Source: Symbiobacterium thermophilum | GTDB lineage: Bacteria; Bacillota; Sulfobacillia; UBA995 | Assembly: GCA_020725145.1 (NCBI GenBank) | Contig: DYFO01000005.1 | Span: 1-63,561, forward strand | Direction of reading: 5' to 3' | Length of the DNA stretch: 63,561 nt | In this document: piece by piece, positions 17,485-26,546 of the stretch | Layout of the letters: every line of letters begins with the position of its first letter | Numbering within the stretch: the stretch's first letter is position 1 | Program-made: the position numbers and the translations under genes | The notes under the pieces: model-generated | What the model saw: the letters and a program-made list of their open reading frames with translations, nothing else | Database searches by the model: none | What the model was told of the DNA's origin: nothing

Positions 17485-19191
17485 GTGAATTCGGTGTTCG
17501 CCTTTGTCCTGGCGGTGGTAGCCGCCGTGCTCGGTTACTACTGGTACGCCAGGTACTTCGACCAGAAGGTGATCGTGGCCGACCCCAAGCGGGCCACCCC
17601 AGCCACCATGTACATGGACGGTGTTGACTTCATCCCGACCAGCCAGCACGTGCTCTTCGGCTACCAGTTCAAGTCTATCGCCGCGCTGGGGCCGGTGCTG
17701 GGCCCCATCATCGCGGTGCAGTGGGGCTGGCTGCCCGCCCTGCTGTGGATCCTGGCGGGGACCTTCTTCATCGGCTGGATCCACGACTACTCCAGCGCCA
17801 TCATCGGGATGCGCAACCAGGGGGAGACCTTCGGCGCCCTAACCTACAAGCTGATATCTCCGCGCGGGCGCGTGATCCTGCTCAGCTTCATGTACTTTTA
17901 CCTCTTACTCATCATGGCGGCCTTCGCCTCCATCGTCGCCGGCATGCTGAAGGGGATGTCGAGCGTGCCCTTCGCCATCTTGGTCCTGATGGCGGTAGGC
18001 GTGGGCGCCGGCCTGCTGATTTACAGGCGGCGCATGGATCTGATACTGGTAACGGTCGTGATGGTAGCGCTGTCCCTGGTAGCCATCTGGCTCGGCACCA
18101 TCGTCAAGATCCCCGGCGGCTTCAACCAGTGGGTCATCTTCTGCCTCATCTTCAGCTACATCGGGGCAGTGCTGCCGATCTGGGCCTACACTCAGCCCAT
18201 CAACTACATCTCCTTCTATCTCGTGACACTCGGCATGCTCGGCGGCTTCCTTGGCATCCTGGTCGGGCGCCCGCAGTTCACCGTACCCGCCTTCACCCAG
18301 TTCAACATCGGGCTGGGTCCGCTGTGGCCAATCCTCTTCGTCACCATCGCCTGCGGCGCCATATCGGGCTGGCACAGCCTGGTGTCCAGCGCCGGAACTG
18401 CCCGGCAGCTGGAGAAGGAAACCCACGCGCGCTACGTGGCGGGCGGCGCCATGTTCATGGAGATGGCGCTGGCCACCCTCGCCCTGATCATCGCGGCGGC
18501 CACCTTTGCCAACTTCTCGGCCTACCGCGAGATGTTTGGCAAGCTCGGAGCGGGCGGGGTGTTCGCTCACGGCCTGAGCGCGCTCATGAGCCGCATCGGG
18601 ATACCCTCGGAGCTCGGGTCGGCCTACGCGGGGGCCATGCTGGTCATCCTGGCCCTCACCATCATGCAGCTGGTTGTGAGGTTCATGCGCATAGCGATGG
18701 CAGAGATCGCCGGTGACGCGGTGCCCATCCTGGGCAACGTCTACGTCGGCGCGCTGATCGCCTGCGTGCTCGCGTTCATTCTGACCGTTACCGGCACCTG
18801 GAGCTATATCTGGGTGCTGTTCGGCGGGTCGAACCAGCTGATGGCAGGGCTGGCGCTGATGCTGGTCACCATCTGGCTGGCCCGAGAGGGCAAGAACTGG
18901 CGGTTCACCTTCTTCCCGATGGTCTTCATGATGGTGACCACCATTGCCGCTCTTGGCATAACCGTCTACCGGGTCGTGGGCAACGTGGGCAAGTTGCAGG
19001 CGGGCACGCTGGCGCCGCCTGCCGGGCAGACGCTGAGCATGGCCATCGGCGGTAACGTCATCACCGCTTTGATCGGTGCCTTCCTGATCGTCGCCGCGCT
19101 GATCCTGGCCTACGACGGCCTGCAGGCCTGGAACGCCGCCTGCGGCAAGCCTGCGCAGGCCGGCACGGCGGCCACGCCGGGCGACGATTGA
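17485..19191 (+). CDS. cstA: carbon starvation CstA-family membrane transporter
   Basis: TPATMYMDGVDF, FKSIAALGPVLGP, TIACGAISGWHSL and LFGGSNQL motifs; many TM segments. Confidence 0.9.
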   Translation: MNSVFAFVLAVVAAVLGYYWYARYFDQKVIVADPKRATPATMYMDGVDFIPTSQHVLFGYQFKSIAALGPVLGPIIAVQWGWLPALLWILAGTFFIGWIHDYSSAIIGMRNQGETFGALTYKLISPRGRVILLSFMYFYLLLIMAAFASIVAGMLKGMSSVPFAILVLMAVGVGAGLLIYRRRMDLILVTVVMVALSLVAIWLGTIVKIPGGFNQWVIFCLIFSYIGAVLPIWAYTQPINYISFYLVTLGMLGGFLGILVGRPQFTVPAFTQFNIGLGPLWPILFVTIACGAISGWHSLVSSAGTARQLEKETHARYVAGGAMFMEMALATLALIIAAATFANFSAYREMFGKLGAGGVFAHGLSALMSRIGIPSELGSAYAGAMLVILALTIMQLVVRFMRIAMAEIAGDAVPILGNVYVGALIACVLAFILTVTGTWSYIWVLFGGSNQLMAGLALMLVTIWLAREGKNWRFTFFPMVFMMVTTIAALGITVYRVVGNVGKLQAGTLAPPAGQTLSMAIGGNVITALIGAFLIVAALILAYDGLQAWNAACGKPAQAGTAATPGDD

Positions 19192-19266
19192 GGCACGCGC
19201 TCCGAGCACGGGTCCGGGCTGGTCCCCCGGCTCCCGGCGAGCGCACCGTGTGGGAGGTGATAACGG

Positions 19267-19575
19267 ATGACCGGCAAGCAAGCCGGCGAACCCCACCGGG
19301 ACGACAAGGAAAGACCGTCCTCGGGTTCGGGCCTGCTGCAGGCAGTCAGGGAGTTCATCTACGGGATGGCGGCCCACGACATGACCCGCTACGCCCTCAA
19401 GACCAGGTCCAGCATGGAGCACCTGTTCATCCTGATCACGATGGGGGACATGCTGGGCGTTCCCATCCTGCCTCCGTACTACTCGATGCGCCTGCTACCC
19501 TACGTGGTTCCCCAGGTTGCGACCTGGAAGCGGAGGATGTTGCGCGAGAAGGACCTCATGGACGCCATCTTCTGA
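19267..19575 (+). CDS. small CstA/ArsA-associated protein (resembles the cory-CC-star family but lacks the terminal CC)
   Basis: LFILITMGDMLGVPILPPYYSMRLLPY...WKRRM; SD GGAGGTG. Confidence 0.65.
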   Translation: MTGKQAGEPHRDDKERPSSGSGLLQAVREFIYGMAAHDMTRYALKTRSSMEHLFILITMGDMLGVPILPPYYSMRLLPYVVPQVATWKRRMLREKDLMDAIF

Positions 19576-19599
19576 GGCAAGGGAAGGGGTGAATGCCGG

Positions 19600-20574
19600 G
19601 TGTCCCTGGTCCGCTTCTTCGACGATCACCCGAACGTGCGCTACATCATGTACGGCGGCAAAGGCGGCCTGGGCAAGACCACCTTCTCCGCCGCCACCGC
19701 GTACTACCTAGCCCGCAAGGGGTTTAAGGTTCTCGTCTTCTCGGTGGACCCGCAGGCCTCGCTCAGCGACATCTTCCAGCGCAACATCTTCGGGCAGGGC
19801 GAGGTAGAGATCGCCCCCAACCTCTATGCGTGCGAGATCGACGCCGACCGCCGGATACGGGAGTATCAGGATGAGATCCGGCGGAAGATCCTGGATATGT
19901 ACGGCCTCGACGAGGTTCCCTCCGAGATCGAGGAGTACATGCAGGCAGCAGCGGCCGAGCCCGCAATGGAGGAAAGCGCCATCTTCGACGAGGTTGTGAA
20001 CATCGTGGTAAAGGGAGGGTACGACTACTACATCTACGATCTCGTCCCCCTGGGCCACGCCCTGTACTACCTCAGCATGGCCTCCGTGTACGACGTGTGG
20101 ATCGACAAGATCACCGACCTGCGGCAAAAGATGAGGGAGTACGACAGCGTGATGGCCACGCTCAGCCGCCAGAAGGAAGTGCCCGAGGACCAGATCCTCA
20201 ACGAGCTGCTTTACATCAAGGAGCGTATCAACAAGTCCTCCGCCGTCCTTACCGACCGGGAGCGGACGGCCTTTTTCTTCGTACTGACCCCGGAGCAAAT
20301 GGTGATCCTCGACACGCAGGCCGCCGCCCGGCTGTTCTCCCGCTTCAAGGTGCCCATCCGGGGCTACATCGTCAACCGCGTGGTGCCCGAAACGCTGTAC
20401 GATGAGGCCATCCCCGAGTACCTGCGCCACCGCATCGAGATGCAGCGCGGTTTCCTCCGGCAAATCGAACGCGAGTTCGGGGCATCGGTGCTGGCGAACA
20501 TCCCCGAGTTCGAGCGAGACATCACCGGCATGGAGATGATCGCCAGGATGGCAGAAGCGATGTTCGGGGGGTAA
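19600..20574 (+). CDS. ArsA/GET3/TRC40-family ATPase, subunit 1
   Basis: GKGGLGKTT, SVDPQASL, DLVPLGH and IVNRV motifs. Confidence 0.9.
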   Translation: MSLVRFFDDHPNVRYIMYGGKGGLGKTTFSAATAYYLARKGFKVLVFSVDPQASLSDIFQRNIFGQGEVEIAPNLYACEIDADRRIREYQDEIRRKILDMYGLDEVPSEIEEYMQAAAAEPAMEESAIFDEVVNIVVKGGYDYYIYDLVPLGHALYYLSMASVYDVWIDKITDLRQKMREYDSVMATLSRQKEVPEDQILNELLYIKERINKSSAVLTDRERTAFFFVLTPEQMVILDTQAAARLFSRFKVPIRGYIVNRVVPETLYDEAIPEYLRHRIEMQRGFLRQIEREFGASVLANIPEFERDITGMEMIARMAEAMFGG

Positions 20575-20577
20575 TGA

Positions 20578-21594
20578 ATGATGGACGGAGTCGTCGCACA
20601 TACCCTGGTATCGCCCGAGACCGGTATGGAAGAGGTCTTTGCACAACGGCCCGGCCTGCGCCACGTCTTCTTCGGCGGCAAGGGCGGGGTGGGAAAGACG
20701 GTGATGGCCGGCGCCTGTGCGAGCTGGCTGGCCGAGCAGGGAAGGCGGACGCTGCTGGCCTCGACCAACCCCGTCCACTCGCTGACCAGCCTGCTCGACC
20801 AGGACGTGTACGGGCGGGCCACGCCGGTGCGGGGGGTGCCAAACCTCTTCGCCTACGAGATAGATACCCGAGAAACCATCGAGCGGTCCAAACGGGACAT
20901 CAGTGAGAAGATCCGCTGGTTCCTCAAGTACGCCGACATCCCGACCCGGGCCGACGCCTTCGTCGAAGCGGCCACCATGAGCCCTGCCTTCGAGGAGTCG
21001 GCGATGTTTGAGAACATGGTAAACATCATCATGGAGGATGCCTACGAGGCCTACGTCTTCGACACCGCGCCTACCGCCAACGCCCGGCGCCTGCTGGGGA
21101 TGTCCAGGGTCTACTCGCTGTGGGTCAACAAGATGCTCAAGAGCCGCGAGGAAGCCATGGCCATGCGGGCCGCACTGTCTTTCCGCAAGAAGGCTCCCGA
21201 AAAGGACCCACTGCTGGAGTACCTCGTGGCCTTCGGCAACCGCATCAAGAACGCCAACGCGCTGCTCACCAACGCCGATACCACCGCCTTCTTCTTCGTC
21301 ACGCTGCCGGAAGCCCTCCCCATCGCCGTCATCCGTCGCTTCATCGGCTGGTTCCGTGACTTCGGCATCCCGGTGGGAGGGGTGATCGTCAACGGTGTGA
21401 TCGACCGCTCGCAGCTGACCGCCGATACCTCGGAGTTCGTGCTCAACCGGGTGGCGATGCAGGAACGGTATCTGGCGGAGATCCACGAGACCTTCCCCAA
21501 CGTGTGCGCCGTGGTGCCCCTGTTCGAAACCGAGGTCCGCGGTGTGGACATGCTCAGGCGGGTGGCGCGGGTGCTGTTTGGGCAGGGGAACTGA
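20578..21594 (+). CDS. ArsA/GET3/TRC40-family ATPase, subunit 2 (switch I D>N)
   Basis: GKGGVGKTV, STNPVHSL, DTAPTAN and VTLPEALP motifs. Confidence 0.9.
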   Translation: MMDGVVAHTLVSPETGMEEVFAQRPGLRHVFFGGKGGVGKTVMAGACASWLAEQGRRTLLASTNPVHSLTSLLDQDVYGRATPVRGVPNLFAYEIDTRETIERSKRDISEKIRWFLKYADIPTRADAFVEAATMSPAFEESAMFENMVNIIMEDAYEAYVFDTAPTANARRLLGMSRVYSLWVNKMLKSREEAMAMRAALSFRKKAPEKDPLLEYLVAFGNRIKNANALLTNADTTAFFFVTLPEALPIAVIRRFIGWFRDFGIPVGGVIVNGVIDRSQLTADTSEFVLNRVAMQERYLAEIHETFPNVCAVVPLFETEVRGVDMLRRVARVLFGQGN

Positions 21595-21685
21595 AGGAAC
21601 CCTCGCTGGCGGGAACGCTGCCGCGAACTGAATCAGAAACGGCCTGCACCGAATACACTGTGCAAGGCGACCACCTGAGCAGGTC

Positions 21686-22840
21686 GTGGAAGGCAGGTCC
21701 GGTGGCGTGTCCAGAGGTCATGTGGGCATCCTTACTACCTACCACGTCCACGAGGACGGCACGCGGATCATCTACGGCGGGGCCGAGCGCTACGCGCTGG
21801 AATTCACCCGCATGTTGCTGGAGATGGGGTATGATGTAGCCTGGTGGCAAATCGGATCTGGCTGGATCCAGGAGGTTACCCACGGGGTGCCCCTGTACAG
21901 CATCCCACTCCAGGAAGCCGCCTACCAGACTTGCCCCGCCCTGAACCAGGCCTTTTTCGAGCAGGCAAGGGGCATCGATTACGCGGTTTACTTCAGCACC
22001 CTGCTGGCCTACCCGCAGGCTTTCGAGCGAAGCATAGCTATATCCCACGGGATCTACTGGGATTACCCCACCTGGGAGACGATCGTTCCCACGGAGCGCC
22101 ACCGGCGAGAGTGGCGACAGAGGTGGTGGATGGCCCTCAACGGACCGCAGCGAGTGGTGTGCTGTGACACCGCAACCATCCGCTTCATCACCGCGACCTG
22201 GCCGGGACTGGTGGGCAAACTGGAGTACATCCCCAACTTCGTGGACTTGACCGCGTTCTACCTCCCCGATGAGGACGACGGGGAGCGTGACGAAGTGCGC
22301 GTCCTCTTCCCAAGGCGACTCACCTCCGTCCGCGGTGTCAACGAGACCCTTGCGGTGATGGACGAGCTCCTCGAGAAGTTCCCGCAACTCGAATTCTATG
22401 TGGTGGGCCGGGGGCACAGCGACCACCAGGAGCGGGATATGCTACGGTGGGCAGCCGCCCGTGCCCGGGCCTACTATTTCTGGCGACCGGCGCACCTCAT
22501 GCCCAGCGTCTACCGGAACGTCGACATCGTGCTCGTGCCCAGCAAAGCCTCGGAGGGAACCTCTCTGTCCTGCCTTGAAGCGATGGCGTCGGGGCGCGCG
22601 GTGATCGCCGGGGGCACCGGAGGTCTCACCGACCTCATCATCGACGGCTACAACGGTTTGCTCCTCCGACCGCTAACCGTGAGCGCCCTGCGCGACTCCC
22701 TTGAGCGCCTGGTTAACGACCCGCAGCTACGCCGATCGTTGGGGAGAAGGGCCCGGATGACTGCCGAGGCGTTTGGCCTGGAACGCTGGAAGGTACGCTG
22801 GCAGCGCGTGATCGAGCGCGTATTCCACCGGGGAGGATGA
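21686..22840 (+). CDS. GT4-family glycosyltransferase
   Basis: GGAERY, IPNFVD, FPRRL and EGTSLSCLE (EX7E) motifs; start may be GTG 21707. Confidence 0.9.
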   Translation: MEGRSGGVSRGHVGILTTYHVHEDGTRIIYGGAERYALEFTRMLLEMGYDVAWWQIGSGWIQEVTHGVPLYSIPLQEAAYQTCPALNQAFFEQARGIDYAVYFSTLLAYPQAFERSIAISHGIYWDYPTWETIVPTERHRREWRQRWWMALNGPQRVVCCDTATIRFITATWPGLVGKLEYIPNFVDLTAFYLPDEDDGERDEVRVLFPRRLTSVRGVNETLAVMDELLEKFPQLEFYVVGRGHSDHQERDMLRWAAARARAYYFWRPAHLMPSVYRNVDIVLVPSKASEGTSLSCLEAMASGRAVIAGGTGGLTDLIIDGYNGLLLRPLTVSALRDSLERLVNDPQLRRSLGRRARMTAEAFGLERWKVRWQRVIERVFHRGG

Positions 22841-22844
22841 CGGC

Positions 22845-23966
22845 TTGGCGTTCGTGGGCATCGCGACTCTAAGACTGCTCGACCCCCGGACGCAGCATGT
22901 GCTGGACGCTGACCGCTGGCGTCATGCGACGGAACTGACCCGGCTCCTCCTGGACCTGGGGCACCGCGTGGCCTGGTGGCAGCTGGGGGGAGGGTGGAGG
23001 GGTGAACTCCTGCCGGCCGTACCGATCCATGGCGTTCTGCGCGGCGACTGTCAGCTCCTGACCTGGCCACGGGCATGCGAGGATTTCCTCGAGCGAGCCG
23101 GTGGGGTGGACGCGGCCATATACTTTGACCTGGTCTTGGCATACCCCCAGGTGCACGAGAGCTCCATCGCCGTAGCTCATGGCATCGACTGCGATGACCC
23201 CCTCTTCGAATGCCAATTGCCTACCGCCGAGGAGCGAGACGAGTGGAAGCGGCGGATAGAGATGGCCGTGCGTAACCCGCGCAAGGTAGTGGCAACCGAT
23301 ATTGGGTTCATCCACTGGGCAACTGCTACCTGGCCCGGCCTCCAACACGCCTTTGAGTACATTCCGGGTTTCGCCATACCTTCCTGGGGAGTCGACCGTG
23401 CCGACCATCCGCTTACCATCCTGTTTCCGGGGACGCTTGCACCGGAGCATGGTATCAGCGAGACCATCCGGGCCATGGAAGTCCTGCTGGCCCGCCACCC
23501 GCACGTGCGGTTCTGGCTGACCGGCCCGGGGACGCCTGCAGTGCTGAAGTACCTCGCGGCGTGGGTCGGGCGATACCCGGGCGCCAGGCTGGACCCGCGT
23601 CCCCTGACCGCGGAACTCCTGCGCGAGGTGGACATCGTCCTCTTCCCCGTCAAGAGCGGGCACGGGCCGGCCCTGGCGTGTCTGCAGGCCATGGCTGCAG
23701 GCAAAGCGGTGGTGGTCGGCTACGCCGGAGGTCTCACCGGCCTCGTGCTGCAGGAGCACACCGGCCTCATCGTGCGGCAGACGGCGGACGACCTGGTGGA
23801 AGCCGTGGAGGAACTGCTGGCCAACCACCCGCTGCGGGAGTCCCTGGGACGCAATGCTCAGGAGGCGGTGGCAAACGGGTTCGCACTGGAGCAATGGCGT
23901 AAGCGATGGACCCGGCTGATCGCGCAGGTGTTCGGTTGGGAGGGTGAGTTCCCATGCCCCGGCTAA
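22845..23966 (+). CDS. GT4-family glycosyltransferase paralog with degenerate EX7E
   Basis: Colinear with the preceding GT4 (VAWWQ, SIAVAHGI, ATWPGL); HGPALACLQ replaces EX7E. Confidence 0.8.
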   Translation: MAFVGIATLRLLDPRTQHVLDADRWRHATELTRLLLDLGHRVAWWQLGGGWRGELLPAVPIHGVLRGDCQLLTWPRACEDFLERAGGVDAAIYFDLVLAYPQVHESSIAVAHGIDCDDPLFECQLPTAEERDEWKRRIEMAVRNPRKVVATDIGFIHWATATWPGLQHAFEYIPGFAIPSWGVDRADHPLTILFPGTLAPEHGISETIRAMEVLLARHPHVRFWLTGPGTPAVLKYLAAWVGRYPGARLDPRPLTAELLREVDIVLFPVKSGHGPALACLQAMAAGKAVVVGYAGGLTGLVLQEHTGLIVRQTADDLVEAVEELLANHPLRESLGRNAQEAVANGFALEQWRKRWTRLIAQVFGWEGEFPCPG

Positions 23967-24661
23967 CTGCCATGATGCCCGTGCGCAACGAGGCCCAACG
24001 CTACCTGTACGAGGTCCTGACCAACCTGTCGACCTACGTTGATGCCATCGTGGTGCTGGACGACGCGTCAGACGACTCCACTGCGGAGATCTGCCGGTCG
24101 TTCCCCGGCGTGGTCCTGTCACGGACCTCGGAGCCCCTCTTCTTGGTTGACGAGAGCGCTCTGCGACAGGCGCTCTGGGAGCGCACCGTTGAGACAAGGC
24201 CGGATTGGGTGCTGGCCATCGACGCTGACGAGTTGTTCGAAGAACGCATGCGGCATGAGGCTTTGTCTCTGATCGACCAACAGGAATACGACGCCGTGGA
24301 GTTTCGTGTCTTCGACTTCTGGGGAGACCGAGCGCACTACAGAGTCGATGGAGCCTGGGACCCCTGGCGGAAGCGCGTTCGCATGTTATTCCGCTACCGC
24401 CCGGGCCAGACCTACTCCTGGCCACGGCAACGCTTGCACTGCGGGCGGATCCCGCTGGAAATCCGGAGATCGGCAAGGGTGTATCAGTCAGACCTGCGGG
24501 TCAAGCACCTCGGATGGCTCCGCCCCGAGGACATCCGGCGCAAGTACGAGCAGTACCGGCGGATAGGGACAGGTCTGGACCCTCACCTGGAAAGCGTGCT
24601 GGATGACCCCAGCAAGGTCGGGCTTGAAGAGTGGATCCCGGCCAAGTCCGTGCCGTTTTAG
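23954..24661 (+). CDS. GT2-family glycosyltransferase
   Basis: PVRNEA, LDDASDDST, IDADE (DxD) and VKHLGW motifs. Confidence 0.88.
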   Translation: MPRLTAMMPVRNEAQRYLYEVLTNLSTYVDAIVVLDDASDDSTAEICRSFPGVVLSRTSEPLFLVDESALRQALWERTVETRPDWVLAIDADELFEERMRHEALSLIDQQEYDAVEFRVFDFWGDRAHYRVDGAWDPWRKRVRMLFRYRPGQTYSWPRQRLHCGRIPLEIRRSARVYQSDLRVKHLGWLRPEDIRRKYEQYRRIGTGLDPHLESVLDDPSKVGLEEWIPAKSVPF

Positions 24662-24668
24662 AAGGGAG

Positions 24669-24920
24669 ATGCCGGCCACGATCCTGCGGTGTCCGGCGTG
24701 TGGAGCCGGAGAGGACGTCTCTGCACTGCGAGGCAACTGGTGGGCAACCTGCAACCGCTGCGGTCACGTGGTCCGCCTCGTCCGAACCCATCAGTCACCA
24801 CCGTCCGAGCGGCATTCGCTCCGGTGCCCACAGTGCGGGTACCACGAGGACGCAGTAGAACTGCCTGCAAGAGGGGTCCTGGTGACCTGTCCGACCTGCA
24901 GCTACCGATGGCCGGTGTGA
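24669..24920 (+). CDS. small double zinc-ribbon protein
   Basis: Four CxxC pairs (CPAC, CNRC, CPQC, CPTC); GGGAG SD. Confidence 0.65.
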   Translation: MPATILRCPACGAGEDVSALRGNWWATCNRCGHVVRLVRTHQSPPSERHSLRCPQCGYHEDAVELPARGVLVTCPTCSYRWPV

Positions 24921-24923
24921 CCG

Positions 24924-25505
24924 TCAGCCGTTTACGAAACAACCAGTGGCCACTTGACTCAGCACCACGTCGTCGACCACCAGAAAGTTGCGCCGGATGC
25001 GTCCGCGGAGCTTCAGAAAGCGCACGCGGGCGCCCACTGCCTCCTCGGGTGGCTGGTTGGTAACCAGGTGGTAGGTGGTCCAGGCGCCCCGCGAGCCGTT
25101 CCCGATGGCCCACCGTCGAATGAAGGCCCGCGCGGCGGTCCCCAGCACCCGGCCCTCCCGATCCAGCCAGGAGACGGTCACGACGACGGATGCGGGGCTC
25201 CTCCACCGCCCGGCGACGTGAAAGACCAGTTGGAAAAACTGCGGGAAAGCCTCCTGGGGGATGGGGATATCCTGCTCCAGGCTGGCCCGCCGCCGGTTGC
25301 GCAGCCGGGTCCCCAGGCCTGCCGCTCGCCTCCCCGCGTGCGGCTCTCTACCCCTGACGATCCCGCCGTTGCAGATCGTCCAGTTTGCCAGACGGGCTTC
25401 GAAACCACCGTTGACAACCAGGTTCCCCACGCACCTGGTGGGTCTTGCGGCAAAGGCCAGCACGTTTCCGACGTTGACCGCTGTGGCGGTGAAGTGAGAG
25501 GCCAT
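24924..25505 (-). CDS. NTTRR-F1-like (CBM-like fold) domain protein, probably spore-surface associated
   Basis: NLVVNGGFE...W N-terminal motif and VVDDVVL C-terminal motif. Confidence 0.6.
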   Translation of the reverse strand: MASHFTATAVNVGNVLAFAARPTRCVGNLVVNGGFEARLANWTICNGGIVRGREPHAGRRAAGLGTRLRNRRRASLEQDIPIPQEAFPQFFQLVFHVAGRWRSPASVVVTVSWLDREGRVLGTAARAFIRRWAIGNGSRGAWTTYHLVTNQPPEEAVGARVRFLKLRGRIRRNFLVVDDVVLSQVATGCFVNG

Positions 25506-25576
25506 GAGTTCACCACCCCCGACCGCCCGGCGGGGAGAGGCAGGAGCCGGCGCGGACGACCGGCTCCTGCCGCTTG

Positions 25577-26050
25577 TCAGGCGCTGGTTGAGACGGCGAC
25601 GAACACGAAGTCGCTGACAATCCCCTTACCCAGCAGGGTTGGCCCCGTACGGTCGACCGGGCCGTACACCGAGATCTTCACATCGCTGACGCTGGTCGCG
25701 TCGAAGTTGTGTATGGAGATGTCGACCAGATCCATGAAGCGTCCGCCGAACACCGCCGTATCGGCCAGGGCCTCGTCGTCGCTGGACACGAAGACGCTCA
25801 CCGCCAGGGCATTGGCCAGCAAAGAGGCCAACCGGTCATCGACGCCGGGGGAAGGCCCCCAGTCGGCCGTGAGGAACACCCCGGCACTGACGTCACCGTT
25901 GTTGACTACTGCAACGGTGCCCGCCGCCACCTCGCCGACCTCGAACACCTTGGTGATGATGGCGGTGTCGGGGTTGATGGAGATGCTGAGGTTGTAGGTT
26001 TCCAACGTGTTGGCCTGGTTGGTTTGGCTGAAGGTGAATGCCACCTGCAT
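25577..26050 (-). CDS. hypothetical acidic beta-rich protein, possible spore coat/exosporium component
   Basis: GAGGAGG SD; CATAGCCT mother-cell-sigma-like -10 upstream; same direction as the NTTRR-F1 gene. Confidence 0.55.
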   Translation of the reverse strand: MQVAFTFSQTNQANTLETYNLSISINPDTAIITKVFEVGEVAAGTVAVVNNGDVSAGVFLTADWGPSPGVDDRLASLLANALAVSVFVSSDDEALADTAVFGGRFMDLVDISIHNFDATSVSDVKISVYGPVDRTGPTLLGKGIVSDFVFVAVSTSA

Positions 26051-26307
26051 ACCCTCCTCTCGTACCTGGTCTTGTTTCGGTAACAGGCTATGTGAAAATC
26101 CTGAAGCGAAACGGTTCCCATCGTCCTATCTTTTCTCCTTGTTCCGTCTCAGGTTGATTAACTGACTTTCGCTTGACCTGAAGGGAGAAGGTTCAAGGAC
26201 AGGAAGAACGGGCGCCTGAAGATGACCGCCATCCGCGCCCTTGCTTTGCTCTCGAGTAATGGCGATTGACGGCCATTGTAGAACGGTCTGGCCGGAGCGA
26301 AGTGCCC

Positions 26308-26546
26308 AACCCGAGGGACCGACGGTGTCGGACTGACCGATAACCGGCGGGGCGGTTAGCCGACGGCGTCGCGCCGGAGGACCGCCGTGAGGCAATGGAT
26401 GGAGCCCCAGCCCTTCAAAAGCTCGCCCACGTCCAGCTCGATCACCTCGATGCCGGCCTCCCGGTACAGCCGGGCCGTCTCCGTCGACCCGCCCGCCATG
26501 AGCACAAGACCGGGGGCCAGCGCCACGAAGTTCACCGGCATGGTGG
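26308..26546. repeat. right copy of the ~230-bp imperfect direct repeat
   Basis: Matches 16741-16971; contains the intact 3' end of the amidinotransferase gene. Confidence 0.9.

Noticed and set aside
19600-21594. Arsenic resistance operon
   Set aside because: No arsB/acr3, arsC, arsD or arsR in the window; the context is CstA
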